Positions 38,662-49,619 are shown, counted from the stretch's first letter. The stretch: DNA of 64,000 nucleotides from Desulfobacteraceae bacterium UBA2156 (GCA_002328165.1 DCWS01000032.1:1673-65672); one strand, 5' to 3'. Notes: generated from the sequence alone by a model not told the origin. Made by a program: numbers and translations.

Positions 38662-40491
38662 TCACTTGCCGTTTCGTAGCCGATGGCGCTGCTGGGCGCT
38701 CAGCGCTGTCTTGCGAAGGCGGATAGAGGCCGGCGTAACTTCCACCAGCTCATCTTTTCGAATAAAATGGATGGCCTGCTCCAGCGTCATGGGTTTAACC
38801 GGAGAGAGAATGACGTTTTCGTCCCGACCCGATGCGCGCATGTTGGTCAGGTTTTTTTCCTTGCAGGGGTTGGCGTTGATATCGGTTACCCGGTTGTGCT
38901 CCCCGAAGATCATACCTTCGTATGTCGGATCACCTGGTTTGATGAACAGACGGCCTCTCGGCTCAAGATTAAACAGAGCGTAAGCAACGGCTGTACCCTG
39001 GCGATCGGATACAATAGAACCGGTAAAGCGGCCGGGAATTTCGCCGCGATATGTGTCATAACCCGCAAAATAAGAATTCATAATTCCGGTGCCTTTGGTG
39101 TCGGTAAGGAACTTGTCCTGATACCCGATGAGCCCCCGGGAAGGGATGCTGAACTCTATCCGCACCCGGCCGCTTCCGTGGTTGATCATGTTGGTCATCT
39201 GGCCTTTGCGGACGCCAAGCTTTTCGGTGACAACCCCCAGAAAGCTTTCGTCGCAATCGATGAAGAGATGCTCCATAGGTTCCAGTTGCCGGCTATCCTG
39301 ATATTTGAAGATGACTTCGGGCCGTCCTACGGCCAGCTCAAACCCTTCACGCCGCATGGTCTCGATCAGTATGGCCATCTGAAATTTGCCCCGGCCTTTT
39401 ACCAGAAACTCTTCCCTGTTTTCGGATGCTTCCACCTGAATCGCCACGTTGCTGAGGGTCTCTTTGAGCAGTCGTTCTCGAATCTTGCTCGACTGAACAA
39501 AGCGGCCTTCCCGGCCGGAAAAGGGTGATGTATTGATCGTAAAACGCATGGCCACTGTAGGTTCATCCACGGTAATGCGAGGCAGGGCGCAGGGCACCTC
39601 ACGCGTACAGATAGTGTCCCCGATCTGAACGTCTTCGATACCCGACAGTACAATGATATTTCCCGGACCGGCCGCTTCCACTTCCTGGAGTGCCAGGCCA
39701 TCATAAGTCTTCAGTTGTGAAACCTTAAGGGGCTGCTGAACGCCCTGTTCTCCGATACAGACCAGGTGGGCGTTATGGTGCGCCCGGCCATTGACCACTT
39801 TCCCCACTGCCAGCCGGCCCAGATAATCGGAACAACCCAGATCCGAAACCAGCATCTGAAATGGTGCCTCCGGATCGTAGCTTGGCGGGGGAATTTCATC
39901 CAGAATCATGTCCAGAAGCAGGTGGAGGTTCACCCCCCCTTCCTGTGGAGATCTCGTCGCCATCCCGTTGCGTCCCACAGCAAAAAGGTACGGAAAATCG
40001 AGCTGGTCCTCGCTGGCGTCCAGGTCGATAAACAGGTCATAAACCTGGTCTAAAACCGCCTCCGGCCGGGCATCCCTACGGTCGATTTTGTTGATCACCA
40101 CGATAATTTTAAGGCCAGCGGTCATGGTTTTCTCCAGCACAAAACGGGTTTGGGGCAACGGCCCTTCCGAGGCATCCACCAAAAGGAGCGCACCGTCCGC
40201 CATGGACAGCGCCCGTTCCACCTCGCCTCCGAAATCGGCATGTCCCGGAGTATCGATAATGTTGATCCGCACACCCTTCCAGTTTACCGAACAATTCTTG
40301 GCGGCGATGGTGATACCCCGTTCCCGCTCCAGGTCTAGGTTGTCCATCAGACGTTCGCTGACCTCCTGGCCGTCGCGGAACAGCCCGCTCTGTCGGAACA
40401 TGGAGTCCACCAGGGTCGTTTTGCCATGATCCACATGCGCGATAATGGCAATGTTGCGAATATTTTTATTATGTTCTACGTTTGTCGTCAT
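38662..40491 (-). CDS. typA: Translational GTPase TypA/BipA
   Basis: IRNIAIIAHVDHGKTTLVD, ERGITI.AK, DTPGHADFGGEVER, LTNMRASG, ELVEVTP..IRLRK. Confidence 0.93.
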   Translation of the reverse strand: MTTNVEHNKNIRNIAIIAHVDHGKTTLVDSMFRQSGLFRDGQEVSERLMDNLDLERERGITIAAKNCSVNWKGVRINIIDTPGHADFGGEVERALSMADGALLLVDASEGPLPQTRFVLEKTMTAGLKIIVVINKIDRRDARPEAVLDQVYDLFIDLDASEDQLDFPYLFAVGRNGMATRSPQEGGVNLHLLLDMILDEIPPPSYDPEAPFQMLVSDLGCSDYLGRLAVGKVVNGRAHHNAHLVCIGEQGVQQPLKVSQLKTYDGLALQEVEAAGPGNIIVLSGIEDVQIGDTICTREVPCALPRITVDEPTVAMRFTINTSPFSGREGRFVQSSKIRERLLKETLSNVAIQVEASENREEFLVKGRGKFQMAILIETMRREGFELAVGRPEVIFKYQDSRQLEPMEHLFIDCDESFLGVVTEKLGVRKGQMTNMINHGSGRVRIEFSIPSRGLIGYQDKFLTDTKGTGIMNSYFAGYDTYRGEIPGRFTGSIVSDRQGTAVAYALFNLEPRGRLFIKPGDPTYEGMIFGEHNRVTDINANPCKEKNLTNMRASGRDENVILSPVKPMTLEQAIHFIRKDELVEVTPASIRLRKTALSAQQRHRLRNGK

Positions 40492-40986
40492 TTGTTGTAT
40501 TACCCTTTGCTCAAAGTTCAGGGTATATATGCCAATTTAATGAACTTGTCTACACTTTTAATAATTTTCAGAAAAGCCGACCGCAGGCAGATTTTCAGGC
40601 CATAGCTGGAGGTATTGAAATGGCCTCTATGCAACCCTGGTAGTTACAATCGGACAGATCATAAAAAGGGGACATCCTAAATAACTTAGGCTCTTTTGAT
40701 AAATGCCATATGGGCAGAATAATCAAACAAAAAGAATCTAACGGCAGAAAAGGAACGTATTGATTTTTTTATCGATTTAAAAAGACAATAAAACCTGCTC
40801 TGTGTTGATATTTTAAAAAAATAAATATTTAGCTTGCTATTACGTATAAAGGTGCTTAGCATGTGCCATCAATTAAGTTCTGCCGAAAATTGGCGGGAGG
40901 GTTTCTTTCTGTGGGAATTATCCGTTTGTTAAACGCTATTATCCTTCAGTTTGTAACGTTGAAATTTTCGAAAGGAGGATGATATT

Positions 40987-41187
40987 ATGACAAATGGAAC
41001 TGTTAAGTGGTTTAATGACCACAAAGGTTTTGGATTCATTGAGCAGGAAAACGGACCGGATGTGTTTGTGCATCATAGCGCAATCAATGCAACTGGTTTT
41101 AAATCTCTCAGTGAGGGTGCGCGCGTGACTTTTGACATTGAGCAAGGTCCAAAAGGTCCGGCTGCTACCAATGTGACTGCTGTCTAA
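40987..41187 (+). CDS. cspA: Cold-shock protein
   Basis: [30 protein letters not shown]. Confidence 0.95.
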   Translation: MTNGTVKWFNDHKGFGFIEQENGPDVFVHHSAINATGFKSLSEGARVTFDIEQGPKGPAATNVTAV

Positions 41188-41206
41188 CCTGCTTTTTAAG
41201 CCAATG

Positions 41207-41242
41207 AAAGGTATCTTCTGTGAAACGGGGGATGCCTTTTTT
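41207..41242 (+). terminator. Rho-independent terminator after csp
   Basis: AAAGGTATCTTC...GGGGATGCCTTT followed by a T run. Confidence 0.7.
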
Positions 41243-41341
41243 ATTAATCGCTTGCATCAAACCACAATTATGCCGGCTGAGATTCTTTTCCATGTTATTA
41301 GCGATCTTATCGATCCGGCAACTGACCAGAAAGGAAATGTT

Positions 41342-41503
41342 ATGGCAAAATCACATTACCAGTTTGCAAAACGTCAGAAAGAATTGGCCAAGAAAAAAAA
41401 GAAAGAGGAAAAAAGGCAACGCAAGCAGGAAAACAAGGCGGTTGAAACCGATGAAACTGAAGAAGACCCGACCCAGTTGTCTTCTAAAGAAGTGTCCGAG
41501 TAA
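41342..41503 (+). CDS. Small basic hypothetical protein
   Basis: MAKSHYQFAKRQKELAKKKKKEEKRQRK after RBS AAAGGA. Confidence 0.65.
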   Translation: MAKSHYQFAKRQKELAKKKKKEEKRQRKQENKAVETDETEEDPTQLSSKEVSE

Positions 41504-41563
41504 TTTTGTATTAACTAAAATAATTTAGGTATTCTCGAAGATTCGCCATTAAGTTGAGGCTAT

Positions 41564-42469
41564 TTAATGTCTGCGTGCATGAAAGACTGAACGAATTGCC
41601 TTTGAAACAACAGAAAGGCAATGAGAAAGGAAGCAACGGCCATCAGGGTAGCTGCGGATATTATTGACCAGTCCACGCCGGATTCCGGCGCTCCGAAAAT
41701 ACCCAACCCAACCCAACCCAACCGTTAACGGGCGAGTTCCTACCGAGTTGGTGACAACGAGAGGCCACAGGAAATTGTTCCAATGGTGGCTAATGTAAAC
41801 GAGGCCATAGGCGAGATAGGTTGGGCGAGCCAATGGCACATATACGCGCCATAACACACCAAAAACACCACAGCTTTCAAGATGTGCTGCTTCTTCCAGT
41901 TCGGGTGGAATATTCTGTAGCGCCGTGAGATAGAAGATCATGAAGAATCCCGTCTCCTTCCAGAGCGTCATGATAATAATGGACGGTAAAGCTGTGTCTG
42001 GATCTCCCAGCCAATTATGTCCGCTAAAACCAAAAAACCTTGCTATTTGGTCAATGAGACTGATATCCGGCGTGTAGAAGAAGAGCCAGATATTGACTAC
42101 GGCAATCATCGGCAAAATGGTCGGCGTAAAAAACGCCATCCGGACCAGAGAACGGAACAGAATGGCCCGGTTGACAAATAGAGCCATTACAATGGCCAGG
42201 GTAATGGACGTCGGGATCGTGCCTATGGCAAACCAGGCGTTGTTGGAGAGAACCTTCCAAAAAATAGGGTCCTCAATCATCATTTCGTAATTTGCTAAAG
42301 CTACAAAACGAAATGGCCGGATTGCCGTTCCTTTTGAAAACAGGCTGTCGATGACAGTGGCGATGGTCGGATAATGGGTAAAGGCAATTAATAGGATTGC
42401 TGCAGGAGTCAGCAACAACCACCCGTAAACATGCCTCATAAAGTTTCGCGACATCTGTTTTGATTCCAA
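41564..42469 (-). pseudogene. Chimeric UgpA/UgpE-like ABC permease (deletion fusion, frameshifted tail)
   Basis: UgpA-like up to PELEEAA, then UgpE-like WNNFLWPL..RPLTVGL; frameshift at a GGGTT repeat near 41705-41720. Confidence 0.78.
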
Positions 42470-42536
42470 GAAAGGGCGGGAAAATAAAATAGAGGCGGGA
42501 AGCAGATGCTCCCGCTCCTTCCAGAATAGATTGTAA

Positions 42537-43340
42537 TTAGCTGTATTGCTTCAACAGCCGTTCGGACAAGGCCTGCGCATCTTTAAGGACTGCTTCCGGA
42601 GTTTTTGCACCGGTCAGAGCGGCTTGGATGGCATCGTCCAAGGCTTTTCGCACTCTGTCGGTTTGATATGTCGCCAACTCGGCTGTAGCGTATTTAAGCT
42701 GGTTGCGGGCCACTGCGGCGTACGGGAAGCCTTTGACGTATTCTTGCAGCTTACTGGTGTCATAAGCGGCCTGGCTGACTCCCATGTAGCCGGTCTTCAT
42801 CGACCATTCGGCTGAACGCTCCGGACTGGTCATGAACCTGATCAGCCTCATGGCGGCTTTGCGCTCTGAGGAGGAAGTCTGTTTAAAGATGTAGAAATTA
42901 CCGACTCCTGTTGGTGTCCCACGCCGTTTGCTAGCCGGCAACATGGCAACACCGAAATCGAACTTGGCTTTTTTCTTCACTATCGTCAGTCTCCCGGTTG
43001 AATGCCACATAATTGCGGTTTTCCCCTCAAGAAAATTCTGGCGGAGGGTGCCCCATTCGATAGTACCCGAAGGCATAATCTTGTGCTTTGGTCCTAAATC
43101 CCTCCAGAACTGCAAAGCCTCTATGACGGCTGGGCTGTCGAAGTACGTCTCATTACCGGCATCGTTCATCAGAACTTGGTCATTCTGCATGGTCAAGGCT
43201 CCGAACATCCAGTAGGGATAACCGGTGGATGGGATCATTGCACCCCACTGGGAACCATCAGCCTTGGTGAGTTTTTTACTTACAGCGGCCAGTTGCTCCC
43301 AAGTCTCCGGCGGTTTATCCGGGTTAAACCCTAAACTCAA
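42537..43340 (-). pseudogene. UgpB-like ABC substrate-binding protein, C-terminal fragment
   Basis: Begins at G.NPDKPPETW, a mid-protein motif; no signal peptide. Confidence 0.8.
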
Positions 43341-43467
43341 TGTGATTCACTTAAGCCATTAAAGGAAAAAAACGGGATCAAGTCTTCATTCTTGACATAT
43401 TGTATAGCAAAAAGCTATATAATTCGCTTAATATTAGCAGCATTAATGTATAAGAAAGGAGGCAAAT

Positions 43468-44595
43468 ATGCCGGGCTTACTTCCCAATGTTGACCCCGAT
43501 GGATTTCTCGAATACTCAGTGGTTTTCACAGACCGCTCACTCAACCATATGTCTAGGTCATTCCAGAAAGTGATGAACGATATTTCCACCACGCTTAAAA
43601 AGGTCTACAACGCCAAAGCGTTTGCTGTGGTCCCGGGTGGCGGCACATTCAGCATGGAAGCGGTGGCGCGACAATTTGCTACCGGTAAAAGATGCCTTGT
43701 TATTCGAAATGGCTTGTTTAGTTTCCGCTGGACGCAAATTTTCGATATGGGAGGTATTCCTTCTCAATCCACTATATTGAAAGCTCGTCGTGTTGATGAC
43801 AGCGAGCACGCGGCGTTTGCGCCTGCACCGATCGAAGAAGCGGTTGCGATGATCGAGTCAGAAAAACCGGACGTGGTTTTTGCCCCGCATGTTGAAACCT
43901 CTGCGGGCATGATCCTGCCCGATGATTACATTCACGCGGTGGCAGATGCCGTACATTCAGTTGGTGGTCTGATTGTTTTAGACTGCATTGCGTCCGGCAC
44001 GATTTGGGTGGATATGAAAACCTGTGGTGTCGATGTCCTTATAAGCGCGCCACAAAAAGGGTGGAGCAGTTCACCATGCTGCGGCTTGGTAATGCTAAGC
44101 CCTCTTGCGCGGGAAAGAATTGAATCCACAGCCGGCACCAGCTTTGCGTGTGATCTGCGTAAGTGGGTTCAAATCATGGAGGCTTATGAGAAGGGCGGAC
44201 ACGCCTATCACGCGACGATGCCTACAGATGCCCTTAAGAGTTTTCGCGATGCGATAAAAGAAGCCGAAGAATACGGTTTTGACAAAGTCCGGGCAAAGCA
44301 ACAGGAACTCGGTGACAAGGTTAGAGCGCTACTAGTCAGCAAAGGTATAAAGAGTGTGGCGGCAGAGGGATTTCAAGCCCCGGGTGTTGTTGTCAGCTAT
44401 ACTGAAGACGCCGGCATACAGAGCGGGAAAAAATTCTTGGATGCCGGTCTTCAGATCGCTGCCGGCGTTCCATTGCAATGTGATGAACCGGAAGATTTTC
44501 AAACTTTTCGGATTGGGCTATTCGGCTTGGACAAACTCCATAATGTCGATCGCACGGTCGAAAACCTCGACGAGGCACTGGGCCAGATCCTTTAG
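43468..44595 (+). CDS. Class V aminotransferase (alanine-glyoxylate/serine-pyruvate type)
   Basis: PGGGT..MEAVAR, PHVETSAG, LDCIASG, SAPQKGW, FRIGLFG. Confidence 0.92.
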   Translation: MPGLLPNVDPDGFLEYSVVFTDRSLNHMSRSFQKVMNDISTTLKKVYNAKAFAVVPGGGTFSMEAVARQFATGKRCLVIRNGLFSFRWTQIFDMGGIPSQSTILKARRVDDSEHAAFAPAPIEEAVAMIESEKPDVVFAPHVETSAGMILPDDYIHAVADAVHSVGGLIVLDCIASGTIWVDMKTCGVDVLISAPQKGWSSSPCCGLVMLSPLARERIESTAGTSFACDLRKWVQIMEAYEKGGHAYHATMPTDALKSFRDAIKEAEEYGFDKVRAKQQELGDKVRALLVSKGIKSVAAEGFQAPGVVVSYTEDAGIQSGKKFLDAGLQIAAGVPLQCDEPEDFQTFRIGLFGLDKLHNVDRTVENLDEALGQIL

Positions 44596-44656
44596 GTTGA
44601 CTATATAAGAAAACAAGAAGGTTCCATTTTTTAAACCCCATTGAAAGCGAGTAGAT

Positions 44657-45805
44657 ATGATTCGACCCATTTACCTGGATTACAACGGCACGACCCCCTG
44701 TGATCCGGAAGTCATCGACGCCATGCAGCCGTTTTTGCAAAAAGAGTTCGGCAATCCGTCGAGTTTACATTACTACGGCATTGCGTCGAGGCAGGCAGTG
44801 GAAACCGCGCGGGACCAGGTGGCCAGCCTGCTTAACTGCCAACCCGAAGAAATTATTTTCACCAGCGGCGGCACCGAGTCCAACAACCATGCCTTGAAAG
44901 GAATTGCCCTGGACATGCAAAAAGAAGGCAACCATTTTATTACCAGTGCTTTTGAACATCCGGCTGTGTTGGCGGTATGTCGATTTTTGGAAAAATTCGG
45001 CATTGAAACGACCTACGTCGGTGTAGACAGTCAGGGGATGGTTAATCCATCAGATATTGAAAAGGCCATACGACCGGATACCATCTTGATCACGGTGATG
45101 CATGCCAACAACGAGGTGGGAACTATTCAACCCATTGCTGAAATCGCGGAGACTGCAAGGCGCCATGGGATTGTGATGCACACCGACGCGGCCCAATCAC
45201 TGGGAAAGATTCCAGTCAATGTCCGGGGGATCGGTGTAGACCTGTTATCGATTGCCGGCCATAAGGTTTATGCACCCAAAGGGGTCGGTGCTTTATTTAT
45301 CAAAAAACCGTTGATTCTCGAAAAGTTCTGTCACGGCGCCGGTCAGGAAAAGGGGCTCCGCTCCGGAACCGAAAATGTTCTGGAAATTGTCGGCCTTGGC
45401 AAGGCCTGCGAACTGGCGTCGCGAAAACTTGATGTGGGCATGGATCATATGCAGGCTCTTCGGGACCGGCTCCACGACGGATTGGGTCATGAACTTGAAA
45501 ACTGCCGGCTCAACGGTCACCCGGAAAAGCGGCTGCCTAACACGTTGAGCCTGTCGTTTAAAGGGCTGGAGGCCGACCGGGTTCTTGAAAAAATCGGAAA
45601 CGAGATTGCGGCATCGGCCGGGGCAGCATGCCACTCGAACACTATCGCGGTGTCCCATGTGCTTGAGGCCATGAATCTTCCGGTTCAATGGGCCAAGGGG
45701 ACGCTCCGATTCAGCGTCGGCCGCATGACCACCCATTCCGAGGTAGACCGGGCAATTAAAATCATCGTCAAAGCGATCAAAGAGATAGCTAGGGAGCGGC
45801 TTTAG
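44657..45805 (+). CDS. Cysteine desulfurase/selenocysteine lyase (NifS/IscS type)
   Basis: YLDYNGTTP, GNPSS.H, FTSGGTESNN, HTDAAQ, GHK.YAPKG, SAGAAC. Confidence 0.93.
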   Translation: MIRPIYLDYNGTTPCDPEVIDAMQPFLQKEFGNPSSLHYYGIASRQAVETARDQVASLLNCQPEEIIFTSGGTESNNHALKGIALDMQKEGNHFITSAFEHPAVLAVCRFLEKFGIETTYVGVDSQGMVNPSDIEKAIRPDTILITVMHANNEVGTIQPIAEIAETARRHGIVMHTDAAQSLGKIPVNVRGIGVDLLSIAGHKVYAPKGVGALFIKKPLILEKFCHGAGQEKGLRSGTENVLEIVGLGKACELASRKLDVGMDHMQALRDRLHDGLGHELENCRLNGHPEKRLPNTLSLSFKGLEADRVLEKIGNEIAASAGAACHSNTIAVSHVLEAMNLPVQWAKGTLRFSVGRMTTHSEVDRAIKIIVKAIKEIARERL

Positions 45806-45873
45806 GAACCGCTCTGCAATTAACCTTTTTCCGAAGGCGCGGTTCAGGCCAATAATTTAGCCCCATTTCCATA

Positions 45874-45902
45874 TTGACTTTTCAAGGCGGCAGTACTATA
45901 GT
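45874..45902 (+). promoter_or_regulatory. Sigma70-like promoter
   Basis: TTGACT-17 nt-TATAGT. Confidence 0.6.
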
Positions 45903-46075
45903 ATTCCTATGTTGTATCTCGATTTTAATATTTCCATATACCTGCCGTCAGAGGGCATCCGAGCACAATTGAACGCTTTCTCTGCATATGATTCCCGAAG
46001 GGACTTTTTGTCAAACAATTCGTCAGATTAACGATCCATACTGCCTTAATAGAGGAGGCCATGGATTATGAATTC

Positions 46076-46125
46076 AAACCCCATTTCTCAGATCGATAAG
46101 ACAAAGAAGTGGGGTTTTGTTTTTT
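46076..46125 (+). terminator. Intrinsic terminator
   Basis: AAACCCCATTTCT/AGAAGTGGGGTTT stem followed by TGTTTTTT. Confidence 0.7.
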
Positions 46126-46175
46126 ATACAATTACGTTGCAGCCATGGATCGTGGCAAACAGATGAGGTGAAAAA

Positions 46176-46475
46176 ATGGTTTCCATGGATGGTTATGCCA
46201 TCGCACAAGTGGAAAAAACGTTTAACAAACCGGTTGTTTCACTTCTGACCTATGGCGTCACTATAGATGAACTGGTCGAATATGTGACCACTGATAAGGC
46301 GATACTGGAGTTCAGTTATGAAATGCAATGTTGCGTATATGATTTATTCCCTCGATGGTATATTGCTCAAACACCCTTTCGATTTGAAATTTATCCTGAT
46401 TGTGTAGGAACCGATTGGAATATAGTTTTAAAATTTTGGGAAAATATCGGAAAATTTTTTGATAAGCGAAGATAG
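46176..46475 (+). CDS. Hypothetical protein
   Basis: 99-aa ORF with RBS GAGGTG; no recognised family. Confidence 0.5.
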   Translation: MVSMDGYAIAQVEKTFNKPVVSLLTYGVTIDELVEYVTTDKAILEFSYEMQCCVYDLFPRWYIAQTPFRFEIYPDCVGTDWNIVLKFWENIGKFFDKRR

Positions 46476-46556
46476 CTGCCGCATGTACTGAAACCGTATG
46501 CGACTCTCCCGTGGTTTCGGGCAAAATGGCGATAAGAGAATAGGGCAGGAGGGGGT

Positions 46557-46748
46557 ATGAAACCGCTTAAAGTCAAAATCTTTACGCATTTTGCGTTAAA
46601 CGTCAATCCACTCAACGAAATACAGATCAACAATTGAGTCGCTGAAAACTTGGGAATCGAAATCGTTCAGATGTCTCAATCGGAGTTGACGGTGGTGAAG
46701 GAAAATAAGGTTGAGCGCAATCTGAGTATCACGATCATGTATCGATAG
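46557..46748 (+). pseudogene. Small protein (KVKIF...INN*.AEN..IEIV, Cse60-like pattern) with an internal TGA
   Basis: Strong RBS GGAGGGGG; 63-codon frame with TGA at 46635 where Trp is expected. Confidence 0.55.
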
Positions 46749-46929
46749 GCATAATTAATAAAGAAGCCGAGTCCATTGTCCGATATTTTTCAGAAATTGT
46801 ATAAAAACGTGCGAGTTTGAAGCAGACCTCTATAACCGCAAACCCCGGTTTTTTGAAAAAAATAGCTATTGGCGGGTCAAGTCGGCCCATCTAAAGCCAT
46901 TTACGAGGTTCGGCTTTTAAAAAAAAGCA

Positions 46930-48129
46930 TCAATCGCCGCGCCCAATGATCGATATTCCACAGACGTTCTGATGTGGAAACCCTCCCAAATTGTGGGTCA
47001 TCCCCAGATTTGGATCTTTAAGCTGGCGCTTATCCGCCCGGCCCTGGAACTGTAAATACATCTCGTAGATCATCCGAAGACCGGAAGCCCCTATCGGATG
47101 CCCGAAACATTTCAAGCCACCGTCGATCTGGCAGGGAATTTTTCCGTCATGATCGTAGAACCCGTCCAGAATATCCTTGCCAGCACCGCCTTCGGGTGAG
47201 ATAAACAGATCCTCCATGGTTACCAGTTCGGTGATGGAAAAACAGTCATGCGCTTCAAACATGGAGATTTCATGGCGTGGATTTTTGATGCCGGCCTCTT
47301 CATAGGCGCGTTTGACCGCTGCCCGCGTGGTAACAAAGTAACTTCCGTCCCAGGATCTATGTCCGGCCTCGAGGCCGTTGCTATTGGATAACTGCAGGGC
47401 CTTAACCGTTATGAGATCCTGTTTTCCAAGGCTCCGGGCAATTTCCGGTGTGGTCACAATTGCACATGCACATCCATCACTGACGCCGCAACAGTCAAAC
47501 AGCCCCAGGGGATCGGCGATCATCGGTGCACTGAGGATTTTTTCCATGGATACGTCTTTTCTCAGATGAGCCTTGGGGTTGAGCACTCCATTCCGGTGGC
47601 TTTTCCAGGATACATGGGCCATGGCTTCTTTCAGATCCGTCTTGGGGACATTGTGTTTGGCACGATAAGCGCTGGCCAGCTGTGCGAATGCCCCGGGTGC
47701 GGAGAGCCCCGGCCACCAAAGGTCGGCCTTGGGTCCCATGGACCTGGCAGGAAGGCCGCTATATCCCGTGTCTTTCAATTTCTCAACCCCGAGGGCTAAC
47801 GCAATGTTGCACGCGCCGGAGGCGACGGCATATGCAGCCCCCCTGAATGCTTCGGTACCGGTGCAACACATATTTTCCACCCGGGTGGTGGGGATATTGG
47901 GCAGTCTCAGTGCTAAAGACATGGGGGTTGCCGATGAGCCGGTGCTCTCGTTACTGTAAAGCATTCCAAGCCATGCAGCATCGATGGCCTCGGTTTCGAT
48001 ACCGGCATCCTGTTGGCATTCTTGAAATGCTTCGAACATTAAATCCTCGGGATCACAGTCATACCGCTCTCCGAATTTACTGCATCCCATCCCGAGAATT
48101 GCTACTTTATCTTTAATGCCTGTTGCCAT
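46930..48129 (-). CDS. Thiolase-family protein (SCP-x type acetyl-CoA acetyltransferase)
   Basis: TRVENMC.TG.EAFRGA, GVSDG, EAHDCFSI.E, GHPIGASG, HNLGG. Confidence 0.92.
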   Translation of the reverse strand: MATGIKDKVAILGMGCSKFGERYDCDPEDLMFEAFQECQQDAGIETEAIDAAWLGMLYSNESTGSSATPMSLALRLPNIPTTRVENMCCTGTEAFRGAAYAVASGACNIALALGVEKLKDTGYSGLPARSMGPKADLWWPGLSAPGAFAQLASAYRAKHNVPKTDLKEAMAHVSWKSHRNGVLNPKAHLRKDVSMEKILSAPMIADPLGLFDCCGVSDGCACAIVTTPEIARSLGKQDLITVKALQLSNSNGLEAGHRSWDGSYFVTTRAAVKRAYEEAGIKNPRHEISMFEAHDCFSITELVTMEDLFISPEGGAGKDILDGFYDHDGKIPCQIDGGLKCFGHPIGASGLRMIYEMYLQFQGRADKRQLKDPNLGMTHNLGGFPHQNVCGISIIGRGD

Positions 48130-48141
48130 TGTTCAATCCTC

Positions 48142-49602
48142 TTATTTTGAATTACTCTGTGGTGCTGCCTTCCAAAAATAGCTTCTGAAATTGCGCTCTC
48201 GGTCAAAATTTTTGATGCGAAAAACCATCTCCACAGGGAGCCCAAATTCCACTTCATTGGGATCGAAGCCGGTAATCTGCATCATGAACTTGGCCCCCTC
48301 CTCAAATTCGATCATGCCGAAGATCAGAGGTGGATTCGGTGAGTAGGCTAGCCAGTCCACCGTATAGGATACGATTTTGGCCGGACTGTCGGCCAGCGGA
48401 TAGTCTTCCTGGGAATCCGTTGCCCGGCATTCCGGGTTAACACAGATGTGGGCCGGTGGAAATTGAACCGTTGCACATTTTTTACATTTTCCGCCTATCA
48501 GCGCCGAAAACATCTTCCGATCACGATAGACAGCGGTGAGTCTGGTCTTATTACCGGCTTCGGCTCGCATCCCCCAATAGATATCCACCTTGTCGGTGAA
48601 GGAAAGGAATTTTTGATAGTTTTTCTCAACTGTTCCATTGGCGAGTGTTCCTCTAATCCCTTTTCGGGGGGTTAAATCCTTTATCCTGTCCGTGGTTTCA
48701 AACAAGAGTGCATCAGCGCCCTGTCCAAAGCCAATTACGAGAATTTTCTGCCCGGGCTGGGCATCCTGCAGGGCATCCACGAGCATCACCAGGGGATGGG
48801 CGGTACCGGTTTCCCCACAGCCGGATAAAAGGTTATCCCGCACTGCCTCAGCCGGAATACCGATTTTTCCGGCCACATTTTCCCGGGCACCTCTGATGAG
48901 GCATGGCATTACAAAGTGGTCGATGTCGCCGGGTGAAACATCGGTTTTTCCACAGAGTGTTTTGATAACTTTCGGCACCAATTTGAAATATCCCTCTTCC
49001 CGGACCCATCGTTCCTCCCACTGGTAGTCGTACTTCGCCCCCTGGCCGCGGTAGTGATCAACCAGATCCCTGCAAATGGAATGGGCACCCAGGAATTTGG
49101 CAATCACACCCTCTTTGCCGAGCGTTACCGCTGCTGCACCATCTCCGAACAAAAGCTCCTGTACACTGGCAGATCGGGTCTGCCGATGATCTGCGGCCAC
49201 AAAGAGCGCTGTTCCATCTCCATCGACCTCCGCAGATTTCAACCCGGCAATCAGCCCTGAAGTTCCCGCGCGTTGGGAGTGTGCGACATCCAGGGTCGTC
49301 ATCTCTTCATCTATTCCCAAAGCATCTGCTATTATAGCCGAATTTTGACGGTCATCAAACGGCGCAGTGGTTGAAGCAAAAAAAAGAGAAGATATGGTTC
49401 CACGATCGACGCCGGTAAGGCAGTCTCTTGCAGCCTCTACTGCCATGGTAACACTGTCTTCATCGACATCACACATCGACCGTTCAGATTTGCCGTGGGC
49501 AGCCAATGACGGATCGATCCACGCATTGGCTTTGACGATACTCTTCCGGCTCAACCTCAGCCGAGGTATATATCCTCCGAATGCGGTTATCCCTGTACTC
49601 AT
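48142..49602 (-). CDS. HMG-CoA-synthase-like domain fused to a DUF35 zinc-ribbon/OB-fold
   Basis: GI.AFGGYIPRLRL, DEDSVTMAVEAA, GDGAAA, then CKKC..VQFP...C, VEMVFR, YFWKA. Confidence 0.88.
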   Translation of the reverse strand: MSTGITAFGGYIPRLRLSRKSIVKANAWIDPSLAAHGKSERSMCDVDEDSVTMAVEAARDCLTGVDRGTISSLFFASTTAPFDDRQNSAIIADALGIDEEMTTLDVAHSQRAGTSGLIAGLKSAEVDGDGTALFVAADHRQTRSASVQELLFGDGAAAVTLGKEGVIAKFLGAHSICRDLVDHYRGQGAKYDYQWEERWVREEGYFKLVPKVIKTLCGKTDVSPGDIDHFVMPCLIRGARENVAGKIGIPAEAVRDNLLSGCGETGTAHPLVMLVDALQDAQPGQKILVIGFGQGADALLFETTDRIKDLTPRKGIRGTLANGTVEKNYQKFLSFTDKVDIYWGMRAEAGNKTRLTAVYRDRKMFSALIGGKCKKCATVQFPPAHICVNPECRATDSQEDYPLADSPAKIVSYTVDWLAYSPNPPLIFGMIEFEEGAKFMMQITGFDPNEVEFGLPVEMVFRIKNFDRERNFRSYFWKAAPQSNSK

Positions 49603-49619
49603 TTTTTCCTCCTCATTTC

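Noticed and set aside
40853..40868. Sigma54-like TGGCAC-N-TAAGCA on the minus strand
   Set aside because: The -12 element deviates from TTGC and it overlaps the csp promoter region; too weak
46635..46637. In-frame TGA in the small ORF as possible Sec
   Set aside because: Context suggests Trp (TGG to TGA); no redox motif or clear SECIS
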